A stretch of 42,280 bases of DNA from Myxococcota bacterium (GTDB lineage Bacteria > Myxococcota > Myxococcia > Myxococcales > Myxococcaceae). Both the position numbers and the translations under genes were made by a program. How positions within the stretch are numbered: position 1 is the stretch's first letter; every line of letters starts with the position of its first letter. The stretch spans positions 1-42,280 of the forward strand of contig JBMORE010000005.1 in NCBI GenBank assembly GCA_049322255.1, written 5' to 3'. Shown piece after piece: positions 17,909 through 26,637 of the stretch. The notes beneath the pieces were generated by a model. The model saw only the letters and a list, made by a program, of their open reading frames with translations. It had not been told where the DNA came from and searched no databases.

Positions 17909-18997
17909 CTAAGGGCAACCCCCGAAGGTGGGCAGACAGTAGCTACCACCGTCGATGAAGGTGCAGGTGAGGCTGGGGGGGCAAGCGGGCCCCACGCCGC
18001 CGTCGGGGTTACACGCGGCCAAGCACCGCGGGCCGGTGACAGTGCCCACGCAGCTGGGGGCGTCGGCTCCGCATGTTTTGGGACCCGCGAAGCAGTCGAG
18101 GCACAGGGTTGCCCGGGAAAGGCACATCGGCACGTGGCGAAGGGTGTTGCCCAGCAAGGCAAACTCCACCGGGCGGCAGACGCTCCCGCTGGGACAGGTG
18201 CCCTCGTCGCACAGCTCGCCGCAGAACGACTGCTGGGTGTCGACGGGGGCGCGGGGCACACACAGGCCGTTTCGACACAGGCTGCCGCCGTCGCGCCCGG
18301 CCAGAGTAGCCGCGCAGGGCTCGCCCACGACCGCCCCGGTGGTGAGCGCGCTGTCACACAGCGAGACCGGCCCCACCGCGGGGTGGTCGAACACCGTACA
18401 GATGAGGCTGTCGTTGTCCTCGCAGGAGGTGTCGTTGACGCAAGGATGGAAGGCGTCATCCGGCAAGCACAGGCTCACTTCTCCCGCGTCGAGTCCCAGC
18501 GAGAGGGTGCGGCAGCGGGCGCCTTCGCTCTGGCAGGTGCCGCCGGCGGCGCAAGGCTCGACACAGGTGCCTTTGCGCAGCGTTCCGGTGAGGTTGTTCT
18601 GCACCGCGCCGCGCATGCACAGCCGCCCGGGGCCGCCCGAAGCGCACTGCGCATCGTCGAGGCAGAGGGTGCCGAGCCGAGGGTGCTTGGCATCGACGCA
18701 CCTGGGGCCCTCCTCGAATTCTTCGCAGTACTGGCCGATGCCACACTTGCGAAACTCGCAGGTGTTCGGCAGGCAGTGCTTGCTGTCGGCGCCGCAGCGC
18801 TCACCCGTGGCGCAGCCGCCGCACGCGTCGACCGGCCCCCCCTTCACACACACGTTCTGCACGCACCCGTACCCTTCCGCGCAGCGGCCGTTGTCGCACG
18901 GAAGCCCCTCAGGGTCGAAGTTGAGCAAGAGGCTGCACGCGCTCGCGGCGAGCATGGCGGCGATGAAGAACAAACGTCGAGCCCGGTTCGCGCGCAT
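17909..18997 (-). CDS. Cys-rich lipoprotein
   Basis: Lipobox AASAC followed by SLLLNFDPEGLPC; dense Cys repeats throughout; starts 3 bp after the PEGA gene stop. Confidence 0.85.
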   Translation of the reverse strand: MRANRARRLFFIAAMLAASACSLLLNFDPEGLPCDNGRCAEGYGCVQNVCVKGGPVDACGGCATGERCGADSKHCLPNTCEFRKCGIGQYCEEFEEGPRCVDAKHPRLGTLCLDDAQCASGGPGRLCMRGAVQNNLTGTLRKGTCVEPCAAGGTCQSEGARCRTLSLGLDAGEVSLCLPDDAFHPCVNDTSCEDNDSLICTVFDHPAVGPVSLCDSALTTGAVVGEPCAATLAGRDGGSLCRNGLCVPRAPVDTQQSFCGELCDEGTCPSGSVCRPVEFALLGNTLRHVPMCLSRATLCLDCFAGPKTCGADAPSCVGTVTGPRCLAACNPDGGVGPACPPSLTCTFIDGGSYCLPTFGGCP

Positions 18998-19000
18998 GTC

Positions 19001-20452
19001 CTAGTCTTCCCGCAGGTCGTCGTCCTTCGGTGGGCTCACCCGCGGGGCTTCGTTCCTCGGTACCACCTTTTCCCGCGGAGCCGGCGGAGCCACCTTCCTC
19101 GGGGGCTCTGCCTTTCCCCGGCCGCTGAAAAAAGCGAAGTAGCCTCCTGCGCCCGCCGCGGCCAGCCCGAGCACCGTGCCCAGATCGGCGACCAAGGCGT
19201 AGGTCTGCCCGCTGCTGCGAAGTGACGAGTGGCGCGGGTCGAGCTGGCTGGTGCGGCGGTACCCGTCGTTGGCGCTCTGGGCTTGCAGCCCGAACACCAA
19301 CCCGCTCACCAAGAGCGCCCCGCCACCGCCCAAGAGCGCATAGCCGAGGGTCTTCTTCGACACCGGACCCTGTTCTTTGAAGTGGGTCACCGGCCCGCCC
19401 CGGCGCGGCTCGTCCTTGGCCAAGAGGGCGGTCCACAGCGGGTCGGCGGCGACGGCCAGGTCGCCTGTGCGGGCGAGCTCGACCGTCTGGAAGGCGAAGT
19501 TGTGGCCGTCGGCGCTGTCCAACCGCAAGGCGATGACTTCGAGCCGCTGCCCGGTGGCGTTCTGGCGTGCCAATATCACCAGCACCTGCTCGGCGCCCGC
19601 GTAGCGGCCCAGCTCGGCGGCGGCGGCATCGCGCCCGGGACCTTCCGGGTCTTTTTGCAGCCGGTCGGCGGCGGCTTGCCACGGGCTCGCTGCGACCGGG
19701 CGTAAGGTCAGCTCGTTGAGGCCCGGGCTTGCCCGCTGCTGCAAGAGCGCGTAGCCGGGAGCGGCGATCGTCAACCGGTGCTGAGCCGCGGGGAGCTTTT
19801 GAACCACCAGCGGGGAGAGTCCTTTGAATTGACCGTTGAGGTACACCTGCGCACCGCTGGGGCGGGTCTTCACCTCGATGGTGGTGGACCCTGCGGCGAG
19901 CGCCGCCTTGCGCGCAGCTTCCACTTTCTTGAGCGAGTCGGGAGGGAAATAGTTGGGAGAGAACACCGCCCGGGGATCGAGGGGGATGAGCTCGTCCACC
20001 TCGGCGGCGGCGGCGCGGGTCTCTCCGTTGGCCACCAGCGAGGCGATGCGCATCACCCAAGCCTTGGAGAAGGCAGCGAAGGTGCGGGCAAGGTCGGTCT
20101 GCTCGTACGCCTTCGCCGCCTCGGAGAAGTGCTTCGCCGCCTGGACGGTGTCGAGCTCGTCGTAGGCCGCAAGCCCGGCCTGCATCGCGGCCTCCGCCTC
20201 TTTTTGGCGGGTGGCGCGAAAGGTGGCGTTCTGAGTGTCGAGCGCGTCGACCAGCCGCACCACCTCGAAGCGGCCCGAGCGCGCCACGGCCTGCTCGGCG
20301 GTGTACTCCAGCGCGCCCGCCGCCTCCTGGCCCCTGAAGTCGAGCCCCAGCGCGACCACCGTCAACTTGGGCTTGCCCGCCGCGGCCGGGTGCGCCACGA
20401 GCAAGAAGGCCAGCCCGACCATCGCTGCCCTCGCCCCGGGTTGCCGTCGCAT
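19001..20452 (-). CDS. Secreted PEGA-domain protein with helical N-region and C-terminal hydrophobic segments
   Basis: Signal peptide ..VGLAFLLVAHPAAA; PEGA motif VKTRPSGAQVYLNG..GLSP..HRLTIAAPGY; two Gly-rich hydrophobic C-terminal helices. Start uncertain (20452 or 20422). Confidence 0.82.
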   Translation of the reverse strand: MRRQPGARAAMVGLAFLLVAHPAAAGKPKLTVVALGLDFRGQEAAGALEYTAEQAVARSGRFEVVRLVDALDTQNATFRATRQKEAEAAMQAGLAAYDELDTVQAAKHFSEAAKAYEQTDLARTFAAFSKAWVMRIASLVANGETRAAAAEVDELIPLDPRAVFSPNYFPPDSLKKVEAARKAALAAGSTTIEVKTRPSGAQVYLNGQFKGLSPLVVQKLPAAQHRLTIAAPGYALLQQRASPGLNELTLRPVAASPWQAAADRLQKDPEGPGRDAAAAELGRYAGAEQVLVILARQNATGQRLEVIALRLDSADGHNFAFQTVELARTGDLAVAADPLWTALLAKDEPRRGGPVTHFKEQGPVSKKTLGYALLGGGGALLVSGLVFGLQAQSANDGYRRTSQLDPRHSSLRSSGQTYALVADLGTVLGLAAAGAGGYFAFFSGRGKAEPPRKVAPPAPREKVVPRNEAPRVSPPKDDDLRED

Positions 20453-20500
20453 CGAGGGTGCATTCAAGCGGTATTGCGCAAAGAATGCCAAATCCTTCCG

Positions 20501-21769
20501 CTATGGGGCGGAGCCGGTCAGGCCGTGAAGGTAGGACAACGCCACCTTGAGCTGGTGGTCGGGCAGCTTCTCCACCGCCTCCCAGGTCTTGAAGCCCGCG
20601 GGGAGGGTGCGCGGTGGGGGTGTCTCTTCGGCCGCCTCGTTCTTGAAGTGCCGGCGCAGGTCCTTCTCCCGGGGAGCCTCCCCCTTGGCCGAGACCGGCC
20701 CGGGAGCCTCAGCCACCAAAATATCGGGGTTGATGCCCTTCTCCTGAATGGAGCGCCCCTTGGGGGTGAAGTAACGGGCGATGGTGAGCTTGAGGCCCGA
20801 GCCGTCCTCCAGCTCGATCACCGTCTGCACCGAGCCCTTGCCAAAGGTGGGCAGCCCCATCACCACCGCGCGGGCGTGGTCTTGCAGCGCCCCGGCGACA
20901 ATCTCCGAGGCCGAGGCGGAGCCGGCGTTCACCAACACCACCATCGGGTAGCTCCCCTCGGTGTCGCGCTCCTTGCTCTTCTCGTCCGACGCGTTGGCGC
21001 CCCGGCGGCCCTTGGTGCTGACGATGGTGAGGTTGCCGGGCAAGAAGCGGTCACTCACCGCCACCGCCTGGTCGAGCAGCCCGCCGGGGTTGTTGCGCAG
21101 GTCGAGCACCAGCCCGCGCAGCTCCTTGTTGCCGTTGAGCGCGCGCAAGCGGTCGAGCTCTTTGCGCAGGTAGGCGTCGGTGCGCTCCTGGAAGTTCTTC
21201 ACCTTGACGTGGGCGATGCCCTTGTGGAGCGAGCCCTCCACCGAGACGATGCGAATGTGGTCGCGAATGATGGCGATCTCTCGCGGGGCGGAGAAGCCTT
21301 CGCGCATGATGGTGAGCATCACCTTCGTCCCGGCGGGGCCGCGCATGAGCTGAATGGCTTTGCCCAAGTCGAGGTCGCGGGTGGGCTGGCCGTCGATGGC
21401 CAGAAGCTGGTCTCCCGGTCGAATGCCGGCGCGCGAGGCAGGGGTGTCGTCGATCGGCGAGACCACGGTGAGCACGTCGTCTTTCCGGGCGATCTCGATG
21501 CCCAGGCCGCCGAACTCGCCCGAGGTGTCGATCTTCATCTCCTTGAACGTCTCGGGAGGCATGAAAACGGTGTGTGGGTCGAGGGTCTCGAGCATTCCCT
21601 TGATCGCCCCGTACATCAGCTGCTTGTCGTCGACCGGCTCGACGTAGTTGTTCTCCACGTAGCTCAACACCCGGGCGAACAGCTCGAGCTGGCGGTAGGT
21701 GAGCTCCTCCCGCGCGGCCTGTGGCGTCGACGTGGTGACCAAGGTGAGCAACAAACCGGCGATGTGCAC
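20501..21769 (-). CDS. ctpA: S41A carboxyl-terminal processing protease (CtpA/Prc family)
   Basis: LDPHT, GEFGGLGI PDZ, DLRNNPGG, SASASEIVAGALQD, TFGKGSVQ; AAGGAG RBS 6 nt before GTG 21769. Confidence 0.93.
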   Translation of the reverse strand: MHIAGLLLTLVTTSTPQAAREELTYRQLELFARVLSYVENNYVEPVDDKQLMYGAIKGMLETLDPHTVFMPPETFKEMKIDTSGEFGGLGIEIARKDDVLTVVSPIDDTPASRAGIRPGDQLLAIDGQPTRDLDLGKAIQLMRGPAGTKVMLTIMREGFSAPREIAIIRDHIRIVSVEGSLHKGIAHVKVKNFQERTDAYLRKELDRLRALNGNKELRGLVLDLRNNPGGLLDQAVAVSDRFLPGNLTIVSTKGRRGANASDEKSKERDTEGSYPMVVLVNAGSASASEIVAGALQDHARAVVMGLPTFGKGSVQTVIELEDGSGLKLTIARYFTPKGRSIQEKGINPDILVAEAPGPVSAKGEAPREKDLRRHFKNEAAEETPPPRTLPAGFKTWEAVEKLPDHQLKVALSYLHGLTGSAP

Positions 21770-21842
21770 ACGAAGCTCCTTCTTCCAGGTCTCGACGCAA
21801 ATTCTAGGAGGGGTCGCGCCGCCGCGCACTCCTACATGCGAG

Positions 21843-22706
21843 TCACAGGGAGTGGGCGTCGGCGAACCGCACCAAGTGCTCGACGAGCTGTGCGGGGCGC
21901 TCCATTTGGGGTACGTGGCCGAAGCCCTCCACCACCTCGATGCGGGCGTGGGCGGGCAGATGAGCGCGAAAGTAGTCCACCCCCTCGAAGGGAAGCAGCT
22001 TCTCGCTCTTGCCCCACAAAAGAAGGGTGGGCGCCTGGATGGACTGGAGCACCTGGGGGGCCAAGAAGAGCGTCTCCTCCTTCTGCGCCTCGGCCACGAC
22101 TGCCTTGACCGCCTCGGTGGAGTACAGCTTTCGCAGCTCTCCGGTGAGTAAGAGCAAAGGCAGCGGCGCGCGGTGGAAGAGGCGGCGGGTGAGAGAGCGC
22201 GCGGCGGCGGGCCCCTGAACGTCGAGCGCACTGAACAGCTCTTGCATGCGCTCCTTGGCCACCTGCGCTCCCGCGGGCGCCACCAGCCCCAGCGCCCGCA
22301 CCACCTCGGGACGTTCGTGGGCGAGGGTGGCGGCCAGCGCTCCTCCCAAGGAGTTACCCACCACGTAGGCCGGGGTGCGCACCACCTCGTCGAGAAAGCC
22401 GGCGAGCACCGCCAAGAGCGCGCGAAGGCTCGAGGGCCCGGTGGGCGGCAGCGGCGAAAAACCGTTGCCTGGCAAGTCGAGCGCGAACACCTGCCCGAAG
22501 CGCCGCGAGAGAGGGAGGAAGGTCTTGTAGAAGCCGTTGGCCGAGCCGCCCAGCCCGTGCACGAGGACGAGGGGGGTGCGGCCCGCAACGCCGCCGAGCG
22601 CGTAGTAGTGCACCGCCTGTCCACCGGCGCGCACGAAGGTCGAACGCACTCCGCGCGCCCTCAACACGTGCCGCAGCGCTTGGTTGGCGGAGGCGAGCAG
22701 ATCCAC
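21843..22706 (-). CDS. Alpha/beta hydrolase (esterase/lipase)
   Basis: VHGLGGS, DLPGNGFS, GNSLGG nucleophile elbow, GHVPQME. Start uncertain (GTG 22706 chosen). Confidence 0.88.
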   Translation of the reverse strand: MDLLASANQALRHVLRARGVRSTFVRAGGQAVHYYALGGVAGRTPLVLVHGLGGSANGFYKTFLPLSRRFGQVFALDLPGNGFSPLPPTGPSSLRALLAVLAGFLDEVVRTPAYVVGNSLGGALAATLAHERPEVVRALGLVAPAGAQVAKERMQELFSALDVQGPAAARSLTRRLFHRAPLPLLLLTGELRKLYSTEAVKAVVAEAQKEETLFLAPQVLQSIQAPTLLLWGKSEKLLPFEGVDYFRAHLPAHARIEVVEGFGHVPQMERPAQLVEHLVRFADAHSL

Positions 22707-22767
22707 GGCCGCGAGGCTAACCGCTCGTACATTGAAGTTGTACCCCGGCCCGACCAAGATTCGTGGG

Positions 22768-23192
22768 ATGCCAACGCTCCGGCTCGCGACGCGCCCGCTC
22801 GTCGTCTTGGCGGCCGCCCTTCTCAACGACCTTCAATTGCCCAGAGCAGAATCAGACGACCCCCGGCTGGCCCAACTGTGACGGCATCGAAAAGGCGGGA
22901 GACCAGACCTCGCCCATGGGAAACGTCGACAGCATCACCGCTGCCGCGAACTTTCCCGGCGGCGGCGGCGGACGTGGGCACCGCTTCTGGGTGGGTGCCG
23001 GCAACAACAACATCTGCCGGGACCTCCGCTGACGCCGGAGCGGGCTCCGCCTCCACCAGCGGATGCGGATGTCGTAGCACCGAGGGTGCCTTCACGTGGG
23101 TGTTGCTCGCATTCCTGCTTCTGCGGCGATCAGGAGCTCAGCGAGATCCTGCGGTCGATGGCCAAGCCGCCAGGCCAGGACCTCATCATTGA
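22768..23192 (+). pseudogene. Frameshifted/deleted remnant of a secreted MYXO-CTERM-type surface protein
   Basis: Signal-like MPTLRLATRPLVVLAAALL (frame 1), mature-like FNCPEQNQ..NFPGGGGGRGHRFWVG (frame 2), DAG..SGCGC..FTWVLLAFLLLRR sorting signal (frame 3). Confidence 0.55.
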
Positions 23193-23201
23193 AAATCCGG
23201 T

Positions 23202-23249
23202 GGGTGTGGTAGCCCTCGCCGTGGTCGAATGAGCAGGTTGCCGTAACCC
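23202..23249 (-). repeat. Direct-repeat copy of envC internal sequence (matches 24048-24097)
   Basis: gggtgtggtagccctcgccgtggtcga--atgagcaggttgccgtaaccc vs gggtgtggtaaccctcgccgtggtcgagaatgagcaggttgccgtaaccc: 1 substitution and a 2-bp deletion. Confidence 0.95.
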
Positions 23250-23250
23250 A

Positions 23251-23541
23251 TCAGTGTCGTACTTCTCGGCTATGCCAACCACGCACAATGTAAACCTTGT
23301 CCGAGTCGTCGAGGCGGTATCGGAGCACGTATGCGCCTATTCCGAAAGCGGCGAAGACTTCGCGATGGGGTGGATGGTTTGCGAGAAGGCGACCGGACCG
23401 AGGGAAGCGCTCCAACATGCGCGCGGCTTGCTGGATGCAATCGATGGCATCAGCGGCGGCCAGCGGATTTTTCTGTCGCAGGAAACTCTCGAGGCGGAAG
23501 ACGTCTCGCACGGCCTCAGGGAGCCAGGCTACTTTGGCCAT
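23251..23541 (-). CDS. Type II toxin, RelE/ParE family
   Basis: 96 aa, MAKVAWLPEAVRDVFRLESFL..NPLAAADA..LERFPRSGR..YVLRYR..VYIVRGWHSRE; overlaps the antitoxin stop. Confidence 0.9.
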   Translation of the reverse strand: MAKVAWLPEAVRDVFRLESFLRQKNPLAAADAIDCIQQAARMLERFPRSGRLLANHPPHREVFAAFGIGAYVLRYRLDDSDKVYIVRGWHSREVRH

Positions 23542-23801
23542 TTCCTGCGCCGGCCTCTACGAAGATCCTCGAGCCAGGTCATCACTCGTTCCTGAGAAAA
23601 AGCCTGGCCGGTGAGCAGGTAGTCTTCCCATCGCTTGTGGTCTTCCTGATGCTCGCTCTCGACCTGTTCTTCTCGATCGAGATACTCGAGCACAGCGCTC
23701 TTGATGAGCCAGTGCGGAGAACGATCCTTGGCCTTACCCAGAGCCTTCAGCCGCCGGCGAACCCCGGATTCGAGCTTCACGCCCATCGTCGTGTACTTCA
23801 T
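23529..23801 (-). CDS. Type II antitoxin, ribbon-helix-helix (CopG/ParD-like)
   Basis: TTMGVKL..RRRLKALGKAKDRSPHWLIKSAVLEYL RHH motif, acidic C-terminus; lies upstream of and overlaps the toxin. Confidence 0.9.
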   Translation of the reverse strand: MKYTTMGVKLESGVRRRLKALGKAKDRSPHWLIKSAVLEYLDREEQVESEHQEDHKRWEDYLLTGQAFSQERVMTWLEDLRRGRRRKWPK

Positions 23802-23820
23802 GTCTCAAAAAGTGGCATGA

Positions 23821-23840
23821 GTTGCAACCTTTTGCAACCC
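23821..23840. promoter_or_regulatory. Putative TA operator (tandem TTGCAA palindromes)
   Basis: GTTGCAACC-T-TTTGCAACC, 20-40 bp upstream of the antitoxin ATG, spaced about one helical turn apart. Confidence 0.5.
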
Positions 23841-23868
23841 GCTCCCTCGAAGGCGCGAAGCAAAAGCC

Positions 23869-24984
23869 TCACGGCTCCACCGTCTCGTTGAGCCACGGCC
23901 CGGGGTCGATCGCCACGCCCTGGCGACGAATCTCGAAGTACAGGAAGGCGCCTTTGAGGCTGCCGGTGTCACCCACCGCGCCCACACTCTGGCCGCGGGC
24001 GACCTCTTGACCCACCTCGACCGAGGCATACGCCAGGTGCGCCATCAGGGTGTGGTAACCCTCGCCGTGGTCGAGAATGAGCAGGTTGCCGTAACCCTTC
24101 ATCCAGTCGGAAAAGACGACTTTGCCCGGCGCCACCGCCAGCACCAAGGCCCCCAGCGGCGCGCGAAAGTCGAGCCCCTTGCGCACGGTGACGGTGTTGA
24201 ACTTGGGGTTCACCACCTTGCCGAAGCCGGCCTCGATCATCCCCTTCACGGGATAAGGCAGCCGCCCGCGCAGTACGCGAAAGCCGCTGGTGGCGGCGCT
24301 CTTCATCTCCGCCAGCAGCGCGGCGAGCTCCTTCTCGGCCATCTCCAGCTCGCGAATCACCCGGCTCTGGCGCGCCGCCTCGGCGTGAATCGAGGCCAAC
24401 ATTTCCTGGAAGCGCGCCTTGCGCTGCGCGGCCACTGCCTGCTCCTGCTGCAGCGCCGCAACCGTCATCTCGGCCGACGCGCGCGCCCACTCGAGCTGAG
24501 CGCGAGACCGCCGCTGGAAGCGCCTCAACTCCTGGGTGCGCGCAAGAAGCGCCAAGTCCTGCGCCACCAACGCGCGCACGGCGCGGTCGCGGCGAATCAG
24601 GGTGGCGAAGTCGGAAGCGGAAAGCAGCACCGCCAGCGCGTCCTTCCGGGTGAGCCGGTACATTCCCAAGAGCCGCGGGGAGAGCCGACGAAGCTGCTCC
24701 TCCAGGGCGACTTGGGTCAGCTCGTCGAAGCTCTGGGCCAACGAGAGCTGTTGGGCAAGGCGCTTGGCCATCCGCTCCAGCGCCCCCACCCGCGCAGCGC
24801 CCTCTCGGGTCATCCGCTCCATGGCATCGAGCGCGCCCAACACGCCGCTCTGCGAGCGCATCAACGCTTCGAGCGCCGTCTTCTCTGCGTCCAAGCGGCG
24901 CGAAACCTCGGCGCGCTCGGCTTCGACGCCTTGTGGGAAGGCGGCCGCAGCCCACAACCCTCCTGCGAGACACACCGCCTTCAT
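23869..24984 (-). CDS. envC: Murein hydrolase activator EnvC (coiled coil plus degenerate M23/LytM)
   Basis: Signal peptide from ATG 24984 (ATGA overlap with ftsX); long coiled coil; LytM domain GYGNLLILDHG..LYFEIR..IDP lacking the HxxxD His (RKGLD); follows ftsEX. Confidence 0.88.
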   Translation of the reverse strand: MKAVCLAGGLWAAAAFPQGVEAERAEVSRRLDAEKTALEALMRSQSGVLGALDAMERMTREGAARVGALERMAKRLAQQLSLAQSFDELTQVALEEQLRRLSPRLLGMYRLTRKDALAVLLSASDFATLIRRDRAVRALVAQDLALLARTQELRRFQRRSRAQLEWARASAEMTVAALQQEQAVAAQRKARFQEMLASIHAEAARQSRVIRELEMAEKELAALLAEMKSAATSGFRVLRGRLPYPVKGMIEAGFGKVVNPKFNTVTVRKGLDFRAPLGALVLAVAPGKVVFSDWMKGYGNLLILDHGEGYHTLMAHLAYASVEVGQEVARGQSVGAVGDTGSLKGAFLYFEIRRQGVAIDPGPWLNETVEP

Positions 24985-25880
24985 ACGCGCAAAAACCGCT
25001 TCACCGCCACCAGGCTGCCGCCCAGCCCGAGCCCACAGCCAGCGAGAATGAGCTCGAGGGCCATGCGGCCGTCGACCCAAGCGATGGGCGTGGAACCAAC
25101 GAGAAACGACAGCGAGCCAACCACGTACCGTTCCCCGGCCATGTCAAATGCCCACAGCCCCGCCAGCGCCAGCGCCGCGCCGAAGAGCCCCTGGAAGAGG
25201 CCCTCGATCAGAAAGGGCATGCGCACGAAGCGGTCGGTGGCGCCGACGAGCTTTTGAATCTCAATCTCCGCCCGCCGCGCGTAGATGGCCAGCTGCAGCG
25301 TCGCCGAGACGATGACCACCGTCACCAGCGCCACCACCAAAAACGCCACCAGCCCGGCCAGACGCAAGGTGCGGGCGATGGTCGAAAGTCGCTCCACCGC
25401 CGCCTCGCCGTAGTCCACCGCCGAAACCACCGGCACCTGGCGCGCGCTCTGGGCGAGCTCGCGCAGCGCCTCGGGGGAGCGCCGCTGCGGAGCGACCTTC
25501 ACCTCCACCGTCCACGGCAGCGGGTTGTGCGGCAAGTCGTCGAGCACCGAGGACAGCTCTCCCAGCTGAAGGCGAAGACGGGCCAGCGCCTCCTCGGGAG
25601 GCACCACGCGCGCCTGCGCTCCCGCGTGCTGCGAGAGCGCCGTGGCCAACTCGGCCGCGCCTTCCTGCGTCGCCTCTTCCGTCAGGTACACAGTGAGCTC
25701 GACCTCGCCTCCCAAGGTGGAAAGCAGCGCGTCCACCCAGCGCATCGCCCCGCGCGTCAGCCCGGCGGTGAAAAGGGCGATGGCGAGGGTGAGCACCGCG
25801 ATGAAGTGCACGAAGGGCGCGTGCCGCATGCCCGACGCCGCCGAGCGCCAAAAATAGGCGCCCTTCGCCAGGGCACTCAT
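24981..25880 (-). CDS. ftsX: Cell division permease-like protein FtsX
   Basis: 4-TM FtsX pattern, ELTVYL, NPLP, RRAEIEIQKLVGATDRFVRMPFLIEG; ATGA overlap with ftsE. Confidence 0.95.
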   Translation of the reverse strand: MSALAKGAYFWRSAASGMRHAPFVHFIAVLTLAIALFTAGLTRGAMRWVDALLSTLGGEVELTVYLTEEATQEGAAELATALSQHAGAQARVVPPEEALARLRLQLGELSSVLDDLPHNPLPWTVEVKVAPQRRSPEALRELAQSARQVPVVSAVDYGEAAVERLSTIARTLRLAGLVAFLVVALVTVVIVSATLQLAIYARRAEIEIQKLVGATDRFVRMPFLIEGLFQGLFGAALALAGLWAFDMAGERYVVGSLSFLVGSTPIAWVDGRMALELILAGCGLGLGGSLVAVKRFLRV

Positions 25881-26578
25881 TCGCCGCTCGCCATTCGCAG
25901 CGCCGCCTTGACCCCGTCTTGGTCGGCGACGATGACTCCCCGCTCCAGCCGCACCGTGCGCTTGTCGTAGCGGGCGATGAGCGAAGCGTCGTGGGTGGCG
26001 ACCACCACGGTGGTGCCGCGCACGTTCACCTCGCACAACAGGTCCATGATTTCGATGGTCAGTGCCGGGTCGAGGTTCCCGGTGGGCTCGTCGGCGAGCA
26101 GAATGGTCGGGTCGTTCACCAAGGCCCGGGCAATCACCACCCGCTGCTGCTCTCCGCCGGAGAGGCGTTCGGGGTAGGCGTCGGCCTTGTGCTCCAACCC
26201 CACCGACTTGAGCATGCGCAAAACCCGTGGCCGTGACTCGGCGCGCGGCACCCCCAAGACGTCCAAGGTGAAGGCGACGTTGTCGGCCACCGTGCGGCTG
26301 GGGAGCAGCTTGAAGTCCTGGAACACCACCCCGATGTTGCGCCGCAGGTACGGAATCGCCGACTCACGAATGCGGGCGATGTTGCGACCGCCCACCAGCA
26401 CCTGCCCTTTGCTGGCCTGCTCGGCGCAGAAAATGAGCTTGAGCAGGGTGCTCTTGCCAGCGCCCGAGGGCCCGGTGAGGAAAACGAACTCTCCTTTGCG
26501 CACGTGCAGGTTCACGTCGGACAGCGTCGGGGTGCCGCCTCCCGGGTAGGTCTTGTAGACGTGGAACAGCTGAATCAT
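25877..26578 (-). CDS. ftsE: Cell division ATP-binding protein FtsE
   Basis: GPSGAGKST, IPYLRRNIGVVFQDFKLL, LSGGEQQR, ADEPTGNLD, ATHD. Confidence 0.97.
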   Translation of the reverse strand: MIQLFHVYKTYPGGGTPTLSDVNLHVRKGEFVFLTGPSGAGKSTLLKLIFCAEQASKGQVLVGGRNIARIRESAIPYLRRNIGVVFQDFKLLPSRTVADNVAFTLDVLGVPRAESRPRVLRMLKSVGLEHKADAYPERLSGGEQQRVVIARALVNDPTILLADEPTGNLDPALTIEIMDLLCEVNVRGTTVVVATHDASLIARYDKRTVRLERGVIVADQDGVKAALRMASGE

Positions 26579-26637
26579 TCCGGGAAAGATTCTCTCCCAG
26601 TTTCGGCGCAGGCACGAATCCGCGTACCCTTCGGGTG

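Noticed and set aside
20501..22624. 707-aa ORF suggesting a long N-terminal extension on the S41 protease
   Set aside because: The extension overlaps the alpha/beta hydrolase in another frame and is Arg/Pro/Ser-rich noise; a good RBS and signal peptide occur at GTG 21769.
23251..23801. Calling the TA region an IS, prophage or integron cassette
   Set aside because: No transposase, integrase, terminal inverted repeats or attC-like site was seen; only the direct-repeat scar is supported.
23869..24250. Missing zinc ligands in the M23 domain (RKGLD, MAHL/LYFE)
   Set aside because: Expected for EnvC, which is a catalytically inactive amidase activator; not novel.
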